A stretch of DNA of 64,000 nucleotides from Candidatus Methylomirabilia bacterium (lineage in GTDB: Bacteria; Methylomirabilota; Methylomirabilia; Rokubacteriales; CSP1-6): assembly GCA_041496385.1 (NCBI GenBank), contig JBGQEL010000001.1, forward strand, positions 32,001 to 96,000, written 5' to 3'. The notes below the pieces were generated by a model. It ran no database searches. It was not told the origin of the DNA and saw nothing but the letters and a program-made list of their open reading frames with translations. Of the stretch, positions 24,462 through 35,401 are shown piece by piece (the stretch's first letter is position 1; every line of letters begins with the position of its first letter). The position numbers and the translations under genes were made by a program.

Positions 24462-27248
24462 TCAGCCCTTCAAGTAACAGCACTTCTTGTACTTCTTTCC
24501 CGAGCCACAGGGGCACGGATCGTTGCGACCGACCTTCTCCCCGGCGGGGGTGCGTGCCGGAACCTGTGGCCGGGCCGCCGCGGCGCCCGTGACGCCTGGC
24601 TCCTGCGGGAGCGCGCCCCGCGACTCCCGGGCGTCGGCCCACGCCGTCATCGCCGGCAGCTCCATGGGAGCGTCGCGGACGATCTGAACCTTGAAGAGGC
24701 GCTCCACCACCGCGCCCTTCACCCGCTCGACCATGTCCTGGAAGAGGTCGAACGCTTCCTTCTTGTACTCCGTGAGCGGATCACGCTGCCCGTAGCCGCG
24801 GAGGCCGATGCCTTCTTTCAGGTGATCGATCGACAGCAGGTGGTCCTTCCATTGCTGGTCGATGACGATCAGCATCTCGTGGCGCTCGAGCGCGCGGATC
24901 AGGTCCGTGCCGAGCTCGCGCTCGCGCTCGGCGTAGCGTTCTCGGACCGCGGCGCCGACCAGCTCGCCGAGCCCCTCGCGCGAGGCGACCTCGGCGTAGC
25001 GCGCCGGTGCGATCCGGACGTCGAACTGGCGGTACAGGGCCTCGCCGAGCGCGCCGAGGTCCCAGTCCTCCGGATGCGCATCCTGCGCCGCGTACGCGTC
25101 GAGCGTCGCCACGATGACGTCGTCCAGCCACTCGTCGATCGTATCCGCCTGGCTCTCCCCGTCCAGGATCTGGCGCCGCATCCCGTAGATGATCTCGCGC
25201 TGCTTGTTCATCACGTCGTCGTACTCGAGGAGGTGCTTGCGGATCTCGTAGTTGTGGGTCTCCACCCGCTTCTGCGCCGTCGCGATCGCGCGCGTCACGA
25301 GCTTGTGCTCGATCGGCTCGCCCTCCTCCATCCCCAGGCGCTCCATGATCGCCTGGATCCGCTGTGAGCCGAAGATGCGGAGCAGGTCGTCCTCGAGCGA
25401 GAGGTAGAAGCGCGACGAGCCCGGGTCTCCCTGGCGGCCGGAGCGCCCGCGGAGCTGATTGTCCACGCGCCGCGCCTCGTGGCGCTCGGTGCCGACGATG
25501 TGGAGGCCGCCGAGCCCGACGACACGTCCATGCTCTGGCTCGGTGGTGCGCCGTGCTTCCTCGAACGCCGCCTCACGGTCCGCGGCCGACGCCGTCGCCG
25601 GGTCGAGCCCGCGCTTCCGGAGGACCTCCTTGGCCAGAAAATCGGGGTTACCGCCGAGCAGGATGTCGGTGCCGCGGCCCGCCATGTTCGTCGCGATCGT
25701 CACGGAGCCTTCGCGGCCGGCCTGGGCGACGATCTCGGCCTCGCGCTCGTGATACTTGGCGTTGAGCACCTCGTGGCGCACGCCGCGCTTCTTGAGCAGT
25801 TTCGAGAGCTGCTCCGACTTCTCGATCGAGACCGTGCCGACGAGCACGGGCTGGCCCTGCGCGTTCCGGACGACGATGTCCTCGACGACGGCGTTGAATT
25901 TCTCGCGCTCCGTCTTGTAGACGACGTCCGGCTGATTGACGCGGATGAGCGCACGGTTCGTCGGGATGACCGTCACGTCGAGCTTGTAGATCTTTCCGAA
26001 CTCCTCGGCCTCCGTCTCGGCGGTGCCCGTCATGCCCGCGAGTTTCTCGTACATCCGGAAGTAGTTCTGGAAGGTGATCGTCGCGAGCGTCTGGTTCTCG
26101 CGCTCGATCTTCACCCCTTCCTTCGCCTCCACCGCCTGGTGGAGCCCGTCGGACCAGCGGCGACCCGGCATGAGACGTCCGGTGAACTCGTCGACGATGA
26201 CCACCTGCCCGTCCTTCACCATGTAGTCGACGTCGCGCCGAAACAGCGAGTGGGCCCGCAGCGCCTGCTGGATGTGGTGGAGGGCGGTGATGTGCTGGGG
26301 GTCGTAGAGGTTGTCGATGTTGAGGAGCCGCTCGCAGGTGGCGACGCCCTGTTCGGTCAGCGCCACGGCCCGGGCTTTCTCGTCCACGATGAAGTCGCCC
26401 GCCTTCTGCTCCTCGATCTCCGACAGCTTGCCCTCGACGATCGTCGCCGCCCGCTTGAGCTTGGGAATGATGCGGTCGAGCTTGTAGTAGAGGTCGGTGG
26501 ATTCGTCGGCCGGCCCGGAAATGATCAGCGGGGTTCTGGCTTCGTCGACCAGGATCGAGTCCACCTCGTCCACGATCGCGTAGTGGAGCTCGCGCTGGAC
26601 GAGCTCGTCGAGCGCAAAGCGCATGTTGTCGCGCAGGTAGTCGAATCCGAACTCGTTGTTCGTGCCGTACGTGATGTCGGCGCGGTAGGCCTCCTGCCGG
26701 GAACACGGGCGGAGCGAGGTCAGCCGGATGTCGGAGGTGACGTAGCCCGGATCGTACAAGAACGACGCCTCGTGCTGGATCACGCCGACGGAGAGACCGA
26801 GCGCGTGGAAGATGGGGCCCATCCACTGCGCGTCCCTCTTCGCGAGGTAGTCGTTGACCGTGACGATGTGCACGCCCCGGCCCGTGAGCCCGTTGAGATA
26901 CGCGGGCAGCGTCGCGACGAGCGTCTTCCCCTCGCCCGTCGCCATCTCCGCGATCTTGCCCTGGTGGAGCACCATGCCGCCGATGAGCTGGACGTCGAAG
27001 TGACGCATCCGCACGGTCCGCCGCGCGGCCTCGCGACACACGGCGAACGCCTCGGGCAGCAGCTCGTCCACGGACGCGCCGCCCGTGCTCCGCCCCCGGA
27101 ACTCGTCGGACTTCGCCCGGAGCCCCGCGGCGTCGAGCGCCTGCATCGCTGGCTCGAGCGCGTTGGTCGCCTGGACGACCGGCAGCATCCGCTTGACGTC
27201 GCGCTCGTGCTTCGTCCCGAAGATCTTCCGAAGCAGCGCGTCGATCAT
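24462..27248 (-). CDS. secA: Preprotein translocase SecA
   Basis: [39 protein letters not shown]-terminal [12 protein letters not shown]. Confidence 0.98.
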   Translation of the reverse strand: MIDALLRKIFGTKHERDVKRMLPVVQATNALEPAMQALDAAGLRAKSDEFRGRSTGGASVDELLPEAFAVCREAARRTVRMRHFDVQLIGGMVLHQGKIAEMATGEGKTLVATLPAYLNGLTGRGVHIVTVNDYLAKRDAQWMGPIFHALGLSVGVIQHEASFLYDPGYVTSDIRLTSLRPCSRQEAYRADITYGTNNEFGFDYLRDNMRFALDELVQRELHYAIVDEVDSILVDEARTPLIISGPADESTDLYYKLDRIIPKLKRAATIVEGKLSEIEEQKAGDFIVDEKARAVALTEQGVATCERLLNIDNLYDPQHITALHHIQQALRAHSLFRRDVDYMVKDGQVVIVDEFTGRLMPGRRWSDGLHQAVEAKEGVKIERENQTLATITFQNYFRMYEKLAGMTGTAETEAEEFGKIYKLDVTVIPTNRALIRVNQPDVVYKTEREKFNAVVEDIVVRNAQGQPVLVGTVSIEKSEQLSKLLKKRGVRHEVLNAKYHEREAEIVAQAGREGSVTIATNMAGRGTDILLGGNPDFLAKEVLRKRGLDPATASAADREAAFEEARRTTEPEHGRVVGLGGLHIVGTERHEARRVDNQLRGRSGRQGDPGSSRFYLSLEDDLLRIFGSQRIQAIMERLGMEEGEPIEHKLVTRAIATAQKRVETHNYEIRKHLLEYDDVMNKQREIIYGMRRQILDGESQADTIDEWLDDVIVATLDAYAAQDAHPEDWDLGALGEALYRQFDVRIAPARYAEVASREGLGELVGAAVRERYAERERELGTDLIRALERHEMLIVIDQQWKDHLLSIDHLKEGIGLRGYGQRDPLTEYKKEAFDLFQDMVERVKGAVVERLFKVQIVRDAPMELPAMTAWADARESRGALPQEPGVTGAAAARPQVPARTPAGEKVGRNDPCPCGSGKKYKKCCYLKG

Positions 27249-27288
27249 GTCGATTGATTATGGCACACGGGGCGATGGCCCGGCGATT

Positions 27289-28968
27289 TCAGCGCCTCGC
27301 CGGCGGGTCCTGCAGCAGCTCGCGCGCGTGCCCACGCGCGGCCTCGGTGACCCGCTCGCCGCCGAGCATCCGCGCGATCTCCTCGACGCGCGCGTCGCCG
27401 GCCAGGAGCTCGGCGCTCACCCGCGTGCGTCCGGTCCGGACGCCCTTGGCGACCCGCACGTGGCGCTGGGCGCGCCCCGCGATCGGCGCGAGGTGCGTGA
27501 CACAGAGCACCTGGCGCCCCTCCGCCGCGGCGGCCAGCTTCTGCGCCACGACCGTCGCGACCCGGCCGCCGATCCCGGCATCCACCTCGTCGAAGACCAT
27601 CGTCGGAATGCGGTCCGCCTTCGCGAGCACCGTCTTGAACGCGAGGACGGCGCGCGAGAGCTCGCCGCCTGAGGCCACGCGCGACAGGGGCCGGAGCTCC
27701 TCGCCCGGATTCGTGGAGAGCCTGAACTCCGCGCGATCAAGGCCCCGAAAAGATATGTGCTCGATCGCGCCGTGTTCCAGTCCGATGCGGAACACCGCCC
27801 GTTCCATGCCGAGGGTCCGGAGCTCCCGCTCCACCAGCGGGGCGAGGCGCTCGGCCGCCGCGCGGCGACGCTCGGAGAGCGTGGCCGCGGCCTCCGTCAG
27901 CTCGGCGTGGAGCTCGGCGAGCAGCCGCTCTTGCGCCGCCAGCACCTCCTCGTGCCGGGCGAGCCGGTCGAGTTCCTCCGCGACCTGGTCGCGCAACCGG
28001 AGCATCGCGTCCTCGCTGTCCCCGTACTTGCGCTTCAGCCGCGTGAGGACGTCGAGGCGCTCGTCGATCGCCTCGAGCCGCCCCGGTTCGACACTGACCG
28101 CCTCGCGGAGCGCGCGGATCCGGGCGAGGGCCTCTTCGATCTGGACGGCGGCCGTGTCGAGGGCCTCCAGGGGTCCGGCGAACGTGGCGTCGATGCGGCC
28201 AAGATCCCCCAGGACCCGCGCCGCGCGGTGCAGACGGGCCGCCGCGGCGCCCTCGTCGTCGACGAGGAGCGCCGACGCCTCGACGAGCCCGGCCAGCAGG
28301 CGCTCCGCATGCTGCGCCCGCCGTCGCTCCTGCCGAAGCTCCTCCTCTTCGCCGGGGCGGAGCCGCGCGGCGTCGAGCTCGGACAGCTGGAAGCGAAGCA
28401 GATCCTCGCGCTGCGCCCGGTCACGCGCGGCCACACGGGTGCGCTCCACCTCCCCGCACGCCTCCCGGTGCTTCGCCACCAGCGAGCTGACGCGCTCGCG
28501 CAGATCCTCGGCGTCGGCGAATCGATCCAGCAGCTCGAGCTGGTGCGCGGCTTCGAGCAACCGCTGGTGCTCGTGCTGGCCGTGGACCTCGACCAGAAGG
28601 TCGCCGAGCCGCTCGAGGAGGGCCACGGTCACCGGTGAGTCGTTGATGAAGGCCCGATGGCGGCCCGCGCGCGCGAGCTCGCGTCGCACGACGACCTGGC
28701 CATCCTCGAGCCCCAGCCCCGCCTCCTCCAGCAGCGCCGCGGCAGGACTTCGCGGCCCGACATCGAAGAGCGCCTCGACCGTCGCCGCCTCGGCGTCGGT
28801 CCGGATCACGTCGCCCTGGGCGCGGGCGCCCCGCACCAGGAGGAGCGCGTCGATGAGAATGGATTTCCCCGCACCGGTCTCGCCCGTGAGCACGTTCAGA
28901 CCGGGGCCGAAGGGCACCGTGATGCGTTCGATCACGGCGAGGTTTCGGATGCGCAGCTCGCGCAGCAT
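27289..28968 (-). CDS. recN: DNA repair protein RecN
   Basis: TGETGAGKS, HGQHEHQ, ASGGELSR, FDEVDAGIGG. Confidence 0.96.
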   Translation of the reverse strand: MLRELRIRNLAVIERITVPFGPGLNVLTGETGAGKSILIDALLLVRGARAQGDVIRTDAEAATVEALFDVGPRSPAAALLEEAGLGLEDGQVVVRRELARAGRHRAFINDSPVTVALLERLGDLLVEVHGQHEHQRLLEAAHQLELLDRFADAEDLRERVSSLVAKHREACGEVERTRVAARDRAQREDLLRFQLSELDAARLRPGEEEELRQERRRAQHAERLLAGLVEASALLVDDEGAAAARLHRAARVLGDLGRIDATFAGPLEALDTAAVQIEEALARIRALREAVSVEPGRLEAIDERLDVLTRLKRKYGDSEDAMLRLRDQVAEELDRLARHEEVLAAQERLLAELHAELTEAAATLSERRRAAAERLAPLVERELRTLGMERAVFRIGLEHGAIEHISFRGLDRAEFRLSTNPGEELRPLSRVASGGELSRAVLAFKTVLAKADRIPTMVFDEVDAGIGGRVATVVAQKLAAAAEGRQVLCVTHLAPIAGRAQRHVRVAKGVRTGRTRVSAELLAGDARVEEIARMLGGERVTEAARGHARELLQDPPARR

Positions 28969-29027
28969 CGGATGAATGCTAGGTCAGTCGCCCAGACCGC
29001 TCAAGCGGTATCCGAGGGGATACGGCG

Positions 29028-29885
29028 TTACCGCTCCCCCCACTTCAGCTTCGTCCGGAGTACCGAGAAGAACTCCTTGTGGGGGAAGCGGACGAGCCGG
29101 ATGCGGGGCCCCGCCTTCACCACGTCCACCGTGTCCCGCACCTTGAGGTTGATCCCGATCTGACCGTCCACCGTCGCCATCACCTCCTGGTCGGCCAGCA
29201 GGGTGACCTCGACGCGAAGGTTGCCCGGCAGCACAATCGGGCGGTTCGTGAGCGTGTGCGAGCAGATCGGCGTCAGCACGACCGCGTCCATCGTCGGGAA
29301 CAGGATCGGCCCGCCCGCCGAGAGGCTGTACGCGGTGGACCCCGTCGGCGTCGAAATGATCAGGCCGTCGGCGCGGTACGCCGTCGCGTGCTGCCCCTCG
29401 ATCGAAACGGCGAGGTCGATGATCCGGCTCATCGCCGACTTGGTGATCACGACGTCGTTGAGTGCGGCGTACTCGCAGAGTCGCTGACCGTTCCGGATGA
29501 CCCGGACGGTCAGCATCATGCGTTCGTCCACGACCATCCGCCCGGCGAGCACCGCCTCGAGCGCCGGAAGCATCTCGTCGAGCGTCGTCGCGGTGAGGAA
29601 GCCGAGGCCGCCCAGGTTCACGCCGAGGAGCGGGACCCCGAGATCGCCCACCGCCCGCGCCATCGAGAGCAGCGTGCCGTCACCGCCGAGCACGACCAGG
29701 AGATCCACCTGGGCGGGCAGCTCCGCCTTGCTGACCGAGGGCGCGCTCGCCGCGGGCACGAGCGCCGCGGTTTCCTTCTCCAGCACGGCGCCCAGGCGAC
29801 GCGCGCCGAGCCACGCGAGCAGATCCGTCACGACGCCCCGCGCCTCCGTCGCGCCCGGCTTCGCGACGATCCCGACGCGTTTCAC
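29028..29885 (-). CDS. nadK: NAD kinase
   Basis: LGGDGT, NLGGLGFL, TPTGSTAYSLSAGGP. Confidence 0.96.
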   Translation of the reverse strand: MKRVGIVAKPGATEARGVVTDLLAWLGARRLGAVLEKETAALVPAASAPSVSKAELPAQVDLLVVLGGDGTLLSMARAVGDLGVPLLGVNLGGLGFLTATTLDEMLPALEAVLAGRMVVDERMMLTVRVIRNGQRLCEYAALNDVVITKSAMSRIIDLAVSIEGQHATAYRADGLIISTPTGSTAYSLSAGGPILFPTMDAVVLTPICSHTLTNRPIVLPGNLRVEVTLLADQEVMATVDGQIGINLKVRDTVDVVKAGPRIRLVRFPHKEFFSVLRTKLKWGER

Positions 29886-30682
29886 GCGAGCGCCTCGACA
29901 CTCTTGTCGATCATGGACTCGAGGTCGGCGGCCGTGCGGCCATGCGACGAGCAGTGCAGGAAGAACTCGCGGTTGCCCTTCGGCCCGCGGAGCGGCGACG
30001 CCGTGCAGCCGAGCACGTGCCAGCCGCGCAGGACCGCGTAGCGGGCCAGCCGCTGGACGGCGGCGCGGTGCAGCGCGGGCTCGCGCACGACGCCGCCCTT
30101 GCCGACGTGCTCGCGCCCCACCTCGAATTGCGGCTTGACGAGCGCCACAACCTCGCCACGCGGCGCCAGGATGCCGAACACCGACGGTAGGATCTTCTCG
30201 AGGGAGATGAACGACACGTCGATGGTCGCGAGCGTCGGCTGCTCTCCGAAGATGCGCGAATCGAGCGCCCGCGCGTTGGTCTGCTCCATCACGATCACGC
30301 GCGGGTCCTTGCGGAGCTTCGCGTCGAGCTGCGCCGTCCCCACGTCCACCGCGAAGACGCGCGCCGCTCCCCGCTGGAGGAGACAGTCGGTGAAGCCGCC
30401 CGTCGAGGCCCCCACGTCGACACAGACGCGCCCGGCCACCTTCACGCGGAACGCGTCGAGCGCGTGGGCGATCTTCTCGCCGCCGCGACCGACGTACGGC
30501 GAGCGCCCTTGCAGCTCGACCGCCGCCCCGGCAGGCACGAGCGCGCCCGCCTTGTCCACGCGCTTGCCGTCGACGAGGACCTCGCCCGCCAGGATATGGC
30601 GGGCCGCCTGCTCCCGGCTCTCCACGAGCCCGCGGTCGACGACCAGGCGGTCGATCCGAACGCGCGCAGCGGGTTTCGCCAT
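29882..30682 (-). CDS. tlyA: TlyA rRNA methyltransferase/hemolysin
   Basis: S4 domain, DVGASTGGFTD, DVSFISL, KPQFE, GNREF; ATG 30682. Confidence 0.94.
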   Translation of the reverse strand: MAKPAARVRIDRLVVDRGLVESREQAARHILAGEVLVDGKRVDKAGALVPAGAAVELQGRSPYVGRGGEKIAHALDAFRVKVAGRVCVDVGASTGGFTDCLLQRGAARVFAVDVGTAQLDAKLRKDPRVIVMEQTNARALDSRIFGEQPTLATIDVSFISLEKILPSVFGILAPRGEVVALVKPQFEVGREHVGKGGVVREPALHRAAVQRLARYAVLRGWHVLGCTASPLRGPKGNREFFLHCSSHGRTAADLESMIDKSVEALA

Positions 30683-30690
30683 GGCCCTCA

Positions 30691-31407
30691 TTATAGGCGA
30701 GCGCTCCGCCGCGGACGCAGCAGAAACAGCAGCACGATTCCCGCGAGAAACCCGCCGATGTGGGCGAACCACGCCGTTCCTCCTGTCTCGGCGCCTCCGT
30801 GGCTCGAGGCGCTCACCGTGATGAGGCCGTTCATGAACTGCACGACGATCCAGAAGCCGAGCACGATCAGCGCGGGGACGTACACGAGGCGCACGAAGAA
30901 CCCGAACACCAGCAGCACGAGCACTCGCGCATAGGGGAACAGGATCAGGTACGCGCCGAGCACGCCGGAGACGGCACCGCTGGCGCCGATCATCGGGACG
31001 GAGGATCCGGGATCCACGAGGACTTGCGCGGAGGCCGCCGCGACGCCGGCGAGCAGGTAAAAACCGAGAAAGCGCCCGTGACCGAGCGTGTCCTCGACGT
31101 TGTTCCCGAAGATCCAGAAGTAGAGCATGTTCCCGACGATGTGAAAGAGACCGCCGTGCAGGAACATGGCCGTGAAGATCGTGACGACCGGCGTCGGGAA
31201 CTCGTCGGTCATCGCACAGCTTCCCGTGAGGCGACACGGGACCAGGCCGAACTCGGCGACGAACGCCTGCGTCGCCTTCGAGGCGCCGGGCTCGGGCCCG
31301 AGCCCGAGCGAGGCCTGGTAGAGAAAGACGGCGACGTTCAGCGCGATGAGCGCCACGGTGATCGACGGGAAGGTCTCGCTCTGAACGTCGTCCTTGAGCG
31401 GTAGCAT
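30691..31407 (-). CDS. Rhomboid intramembrane serine protease
   Basis: MFLHGG, GNMLY, GASGA, AHIGGF. Confidence 0.93.
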   Translation of the reverse strand: MLPLKDDVQSETFPSITVALIALNVAVFLYQASLGLGPEPGASKATQAFVAEFGLVPCRLTGSCAMTDEFPTPVVTIFTAMFLHGGLFHIVGNMLYFWIFGNNVEDTLGHGRFLGFYLLAGVAAASAQVLVDPGSSVPMIGASGAVSGVLGAYLILFPYARVLVLLVFGFFVRLVYVPALIVLGFWIVVQFMNGLITVSASSHGGAETGGTAWFAHIGGFLAGIVLLFLLRPRRSARL

Positions 31408-32714
31408 CAGCGCTCCGGAGGGAGCAGGACGACGACGGTGGGCCTGACGAGATAGCGCTCGGCCGCCGTGGCGACATCGGCCGGTGTCACCGCCGCGATC
31501 GCCTTTGCGTACCGCTCGGAAAAGTCCCGGCCGGCTCCGACCGCCTCGAAGAACGCGAGGTGCCACGCCTGGCGCGCGTTCGTGCGGCGGTCGAGGGCGA
31601 GGCTCCCGAGGATGTACGCCTTCGCCCGCGAGACCTCCTCCTCGCCCGCGGGCGCGCTGCGGATCCTGTCGAGCTCGTGGAGCACCCCCGCCTCCGCCGC
31701 GGCGGCATTCTGGCGCGCCGTACCCAGGTACGTCACGATGAAGGTCCGGCTCGTCCGGTACGGCGTCAGGACGCCGAGCGAGTACGCGAGTCCCCGCTTG
31801 TCCCGCAGCTCGACGAACAGCCGTCCGGCCATCCCGCCGCCCAGCACGGCGCCGAGAACCCTCACGGCCGGGTACGCGGGATCGGAGAGGCCGGGGCCGA
31901 GATAGCCGACCAGGATCTGCGCCTGCTGAGCGGGCCGTTCGATCACCCGGCGACCGCCCTGCGGCATTTCGGGCGGCGGCGGCTCGGTGAGCTCGACCCC
32001 GGATCGGGGCAGCTTGCCGAACAGACGTTCGACGACTTTGAGCACACGCTCCGGCGGCACCTGGCCGCTGACGGCGAGAACCAACCGCTCCGGCCGAAAG
32101 GTCGCGCGATAGTGCGCGAGGAGCGCCGCCCTTCCCAGGCGCTCCACGCTCGCGCGGGTCCCGAGACTGTGCCAACCATACGGGTGCGTCGCGTACAGCT
32201 CGCGGAGCATCGTGTCGAGGCTGAGCGGAAACGGCGTGTCCGCCCGCGTCTGGATCTGGCTCAGGATGAGGCGGCGCTCGCGCTCGACCTCGTCCGAGGC
32301 GAGCGCAGGCTCGAGCGCCACCTCCGCCAGGAGACCGAGCAGGGCTTCCCAGTTGCGCGCGAGCGCCTGCCCTCGAATCTCCGCGGACTCCACCTCGCCT
32401 GAGGCTTCGAGGCCGCCGCCGATCTCCTCCGCCGCCTCCGCAAGCTGGATCCCGGAACGTCTGGCGGTCCCGCGGACCATCACCCGGAGGAGGAAGTTCG
32501 TGATTCCCGCCTCGTTCAGGCTCTCGAAGCGGGAGCCGCCGCGGACCTGCAACGAGAGGGCGACGACCGGGGCCGCGCGATTCTCGCGAACGAGAACGGT
32601 CAGCCCGTTGTCGAGCACGTGGCGGGTCGCCGCCGTCGTCTGGCCCCACACCGGCGTCGCCGAGAGCACGAGCGCCGCCAGGCTCAGAGCGCCGAGTCCC
32701 CCGCTCGGGCTCAT
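31407..32714 (-). CDS. M16 family peptidase, non-catalytic subunit
   Basis: LDNGL start, RLFVELRDKRGLAY; lacks HxxEH (NFLLR at the equivalent position). Confidence 0.87.
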   Translation of the reverse strand: MSPSGGLGALSLAALVLSATPVWGQTTAATRHVLDNGLTVLVRENRAAPVVALSLQVRGGSRFESLNEAGITNFLLRVMVRGTARRSGIQLAEAAEEIGGGLEASGEVESAEIRGQALARNWEALLGLLAEVALEPALASDEVERERRLILSQIQTRADTPFPLSLDTMLRELYATHPYGWHSLGTRASVERLGRAALLAHYRATFRPERLVLAVSGQVPPERVLKVVERLFGKLPRSGVELTEPPPPEMPQGGRRVIERPAQQAQILVGYLGPGLSDPAYPAVRVLGAVLGGGMAGRLFVELRDKRGLAYSLGVLTPYRTSRTFIVTYLGTARQNAAAAEAGVLHELDRIRSAPAGEEEVSRAKAYILGSLALDRRTNARQAWHLAFFEAVGAGRDFSERYAKAIAAVTPADVATAAERYLVRPTVVVLLPPER

Positions 32715-34051
32715 TTCGCCGGAGGAACGAACGCCAGCCGGCTGTAGCGTTCGAGATCGAGGTAACGGCGCGCTGCGGTGCGGATCTGTTCCGGTGTGAC
32801 CGAGCGCAAGCGGTCGACATAGGCCAGCTCGGCGTCGAGCCGCCAGACCGTTTCGGCGCGGCCGAACGCCCGCGCGCGTCCCTCCGCGGTCTCAACGGAA
32901 AACGCATGGCTCGCCTCCGCCGCGGTCACGGCGCGGCGGAGCTCCGCCGGCGAGACGCCCGTCTCCTGAAGCCTCCTGACCTCGCTCAGGATCTCCGCCT
33001 CGACCCGCCCGACGTTGGCCGGTTCGAGCTGGGCCATCACCGACACCAGTCCACTCGCCTCGAGAGCCGAGTAGCCCGCGTCGATGGAGCTCACGAGCCC
33101 CAGCCGCTCGCGGAGCGCCTGGGTGAGCCTCGACGAGCGCGACTGACCGAGCACCGCGACCAGGAGATCCACCGCGGGTGTGTCGGCGTGGTCGAGCTTG
33201 GGCCCGCGCCATGCGAGACCGAGGTACGCCTGCGCCCCCGCGCGCTCGACGTCGAGGCGCCGCGGATGCAGCGCACCGGGCGCGGCGACCGGCAGTCGCT
33301 CCCGACCGCCCCGCGGGAGCCGGCCAAACGTCCGCTCCGCCACCGCCAGAACGTCGGCGGTCTTCACCTGGCCGACGACGACCAGCACGAACGATTCGGG
33401 AACGTAGTGACGCCGATAGAAGGCCATGAGGGAATTGCGCGTGAGTCCGCGCACGATCTCCGGTGTTCCGATGACGGGCCGGCCGTACGCGTGGCCCTCG
33501 AAGGACACTTCGTAGAGCCGGCGGAACATGAACCTCCGGGGGTTGTCCTGGCTCAATCGCATCTCCTCGAGAACGACGCGTTTCTCGAGATCGAGGGCCG
33601 TCGCGTCCAGGCTCGAGTTCACGCTCATGTCGGCCAGCATCTCGATGCCGGCCGCCGCTCGGGAGGCCGGAAGGATCGCGTGGTAGTAGGTGTAGTCGAG
33701 CGAGGTTCCCGCGTTGATTCCGCCTCCGACGCCCTCGACCTCGCGCTCGACGAAGCCGGGGCCGCGAAGCACGGTGCCTTTGAAAAGCATGTGCTCGAGA
33801 TAGTGCGCGAGCCCCAGCTCCGAGGCCGCCTCGTCGCGCCCTCCCGCGCGGACCCAGACCTGGAGCGCCACGACCCCGCTCGCATTGAACTCCTGTACGA
33901 GGACCCGAACGCCGTTGCTGAGCACCCTGAGGGTCGGAGACGAACCATCCGACACTGGTTGAAGGGCGGGTTTGGCGCTGCCGGCGAGGCTACACGCGCT
34001 CGCCAGCACGAGGACGAGCAGCGTGGGCGCAGACCGCGCCAGGAGGGGCAT
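32711..34051 (-). CDS. M16 family zinc peptidase, catalytic subunit, possible lipoprotein
   Basis: GLAHYLEHMLFKGT (HxxEH); lipobox-like LASAC after ATG 34051. Confidence 0.9.
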   Translation of the reverse strand: MPLLARSAPTLLVLVLASACSLAGSAKPALQPVSDGSSPTLRVLSNGVRVLVQEFNASGVVALQVWVRAGGRDEAASELGLAHYLEHMLFKGTVLRGPGFVEREVEGVGGGINAGTSLDYTYYHAILPASRAAAGIEMLADMSVNSSLDATALDLEKRVVLEEMRLSQDNPRRFMFRRLYEVSFEGHAYGRPVIGTPEIVRGLTRNSLMAFYRRHYVPESFVLVVVGQVKTADVLAVAERTFGRLPRGGRERLPVAAPGALHPRRLDVERAGAQAYLGLAWRGPKLDHADTPAVDLLVAVLGQSRSSRLTQALRERLGLVSSIDAGYSALEASGLVSVMAQLEPANVGRVEAEILSEVRRLQETGVSPAELRRAVTAAEASHAFSVETAEGRARAFGRAETVWRLDAELAYVDRLRSVTPEQIRTAARRYLDLERYSRLAFVPPAK

Positions 34052-34201
34052 AGGTGTAAGTGAGCCTACCACAGGGCGATGCCCGGAGGGCAGAATGCCG
34101 CACCCGGCGAGCGAGTGGCATCGGGCACATCGCCTCTGGCCATTCACTAACGACGACCGTAACACTTCGATACCATGGACTTTATGAGTCTGTCCAGGCC
34201 C

Positions 34202-34217
34202 TGGCAGGAGGATTGCT
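34202..34217 (+). promoter_or_regulatory. Sigma54 (-24/-12) promoter
   Basis: TGGCAGGAGGATTGCT with exact GG-N10-GC spacing, upstream of the repeat-protein gene. Confidence 0.75.
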
Positions 34218-34352
34218 GTAACGGTAGCCAAGATGCTTCTCGACTCAGGCTCCATCGAACATCGGAAGGCGAAAGGGGGTCCTTGGAAGAGGCCGGCGGA
34301 CGGGACCAGTGGCAGGGAGCAGAGCACCTCAACAACCGGAAGGAACGGGAGA

Positions 34353-35327
34353 ATGATGAAGAGATTTCTCGCAGCGATCATGAGCGTAGCGATGTTTGGC
34401 GTGCTGGCGCCGGTGGCGGACGCCCAGTCGTCCTGCCCTGCTGAAGTCGCCCAGGCCAAGGAGATGCTGAACAAGGTGGCCAAGGGCCAGGACGTGCAGG
34501 CCCCGCGCTCGCTTGCGGGTGCGCGTGGCCAGCAGGACATTCAGGCGCCGCGTGGTCAGGATGTGCAGGCGCCGCGTGGTAAGCAGGACGTGCAAGCCCC
34601 GCGTGGCCAGGATGTTCAGGCCCCGCGCGGTCAAGACATTCAGGCCCCGCGTTCGCTCGCGGGCGCGCGTGGCCAGCAGGACATTCAGGCGCCACGCGGT
34701 CAGGACGTGCAGGCTCCGCGTGGTCAGGATGTTCAGGCACCCCGTGGCAAGCAGGATGTCCAGGCCCCGCGTGGCCAGGATGTTCAGGCGCCACGCGGTC
34801 AGGACGTGCAAGCTCCGCGTGGTCAGGATGTTCAGGCACCCCGTGGCAAGCAGGATGTCCAGGCCCCGCGTGGCCAGGATGTTCAGGCGCCGCGCGGTCA
34901 GGACGTGCAGGCTCCGCGTGGTCAGGATGTTCAGGCACCCCGTGGCAAGCAAGATGTCCAGGCCCCGCGTGGCCAGGATGTTCAGGCGCCGCGCGGTCAG
35001 GATGTGCAGGCACCCCGTGGCAAGCAGGATGTCCAGGCCCCGCGTGGCCAGGATGTTCAGGCGCCGCGTGGTCAGGATGTGCAGGCGCCGCGTGGCAAGC
35101 AGGATGTCCAGGCACCCCGTGGCAAGCAGGATGTTCAGGCGCCGCGTGGCCAGGATGTCCAGGCCCCGCGTGGCCAGGATGTTCAGGCGCCCCGCGGTCA
35201 GGATGTGCAGGCGCCGCGTACCAGTGACGCCGGCAAGCTGATCCGTGAGGCCGAGGCCGCGTGCAAGGCCGGCAACTCTTCGGAGGCGAAGGCCAAGGCC
35301 GAGGCCGCGATCAAGATCCTGAAGTAA
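34353..35327 (+). CDS. Secreted protein with 28 QD[V/I]QAPR repeats
   Basis: Signal peptide MMKRFLAA...ADA, purine-rich RBS, repeat tract flanked by two helical segments with one Cys each, followed by a terminator. Confidence 0.88.
   Translation: MMKRFLAAIMSVAMFGVLAPVADAQSSCPAEVAQAKEMLNKVAKGQDVQAPRSLAGARGQQDIQAPRGQDVQAPRGKQDVQAPRGQDVQAPRGQDIQAPRSLAGARGQQDIQAPRGQDVQAPRGQDVQAPRGKQDVQAPRGQDVQAPRGQDVQAPRGQDVQAPRGKQDVQAPRGQDVQAPRGQDVQAPRGQDVQAPRGKQDVQAPRGQDVQAPRGQDVQAPRGKQDVQAPRGQDVQAPRGQDVQAPRGKQDVQAPRGKQDVQAPRGQDVQAPRGQDVQAPRGQDVQAPRTSDAGKLIREAEAACKAGNSSEAKAKAEAAIKILK
34485..35219 (+). repeat. Coding tandem repeat, 24/27-nt units (GQDVQAPR / GKQDVQAPR)
   Basis: 28 units counted; differences mostly synonymous; two SLAGAR inserts. 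Confidence 0.97.
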
Positions 35328-35348
35328 GAAGCGGTAAGAAGGACGATC

Positions 35349-35383
35349 AAGGCTCCAGGGGGCAACCCCTGGAGCCTTTTTTT
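35349..35383 (+). terminator. Rho-independent terminator
   Basis: AAGGCTCCAGGGG-GCAA-CCCCTGGAGCCTT followed by a T run. Confidence 0.93.
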
Positions 35384-35401
35384 ATCGGTATAATTCAGAG
35401 G

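Noticed and set aside
31407..34051. M16 peptidase lacking HxxEH as a decayed duplicate
   Set aside because: Active/inactive M16B pairs are a well-known heterodimer arrangement
34485..35219. Repeat array as CRISPR
   Set aside because: No unique spacers, units are multiples of 3 nt with synonymous variation, and no cas genes are present
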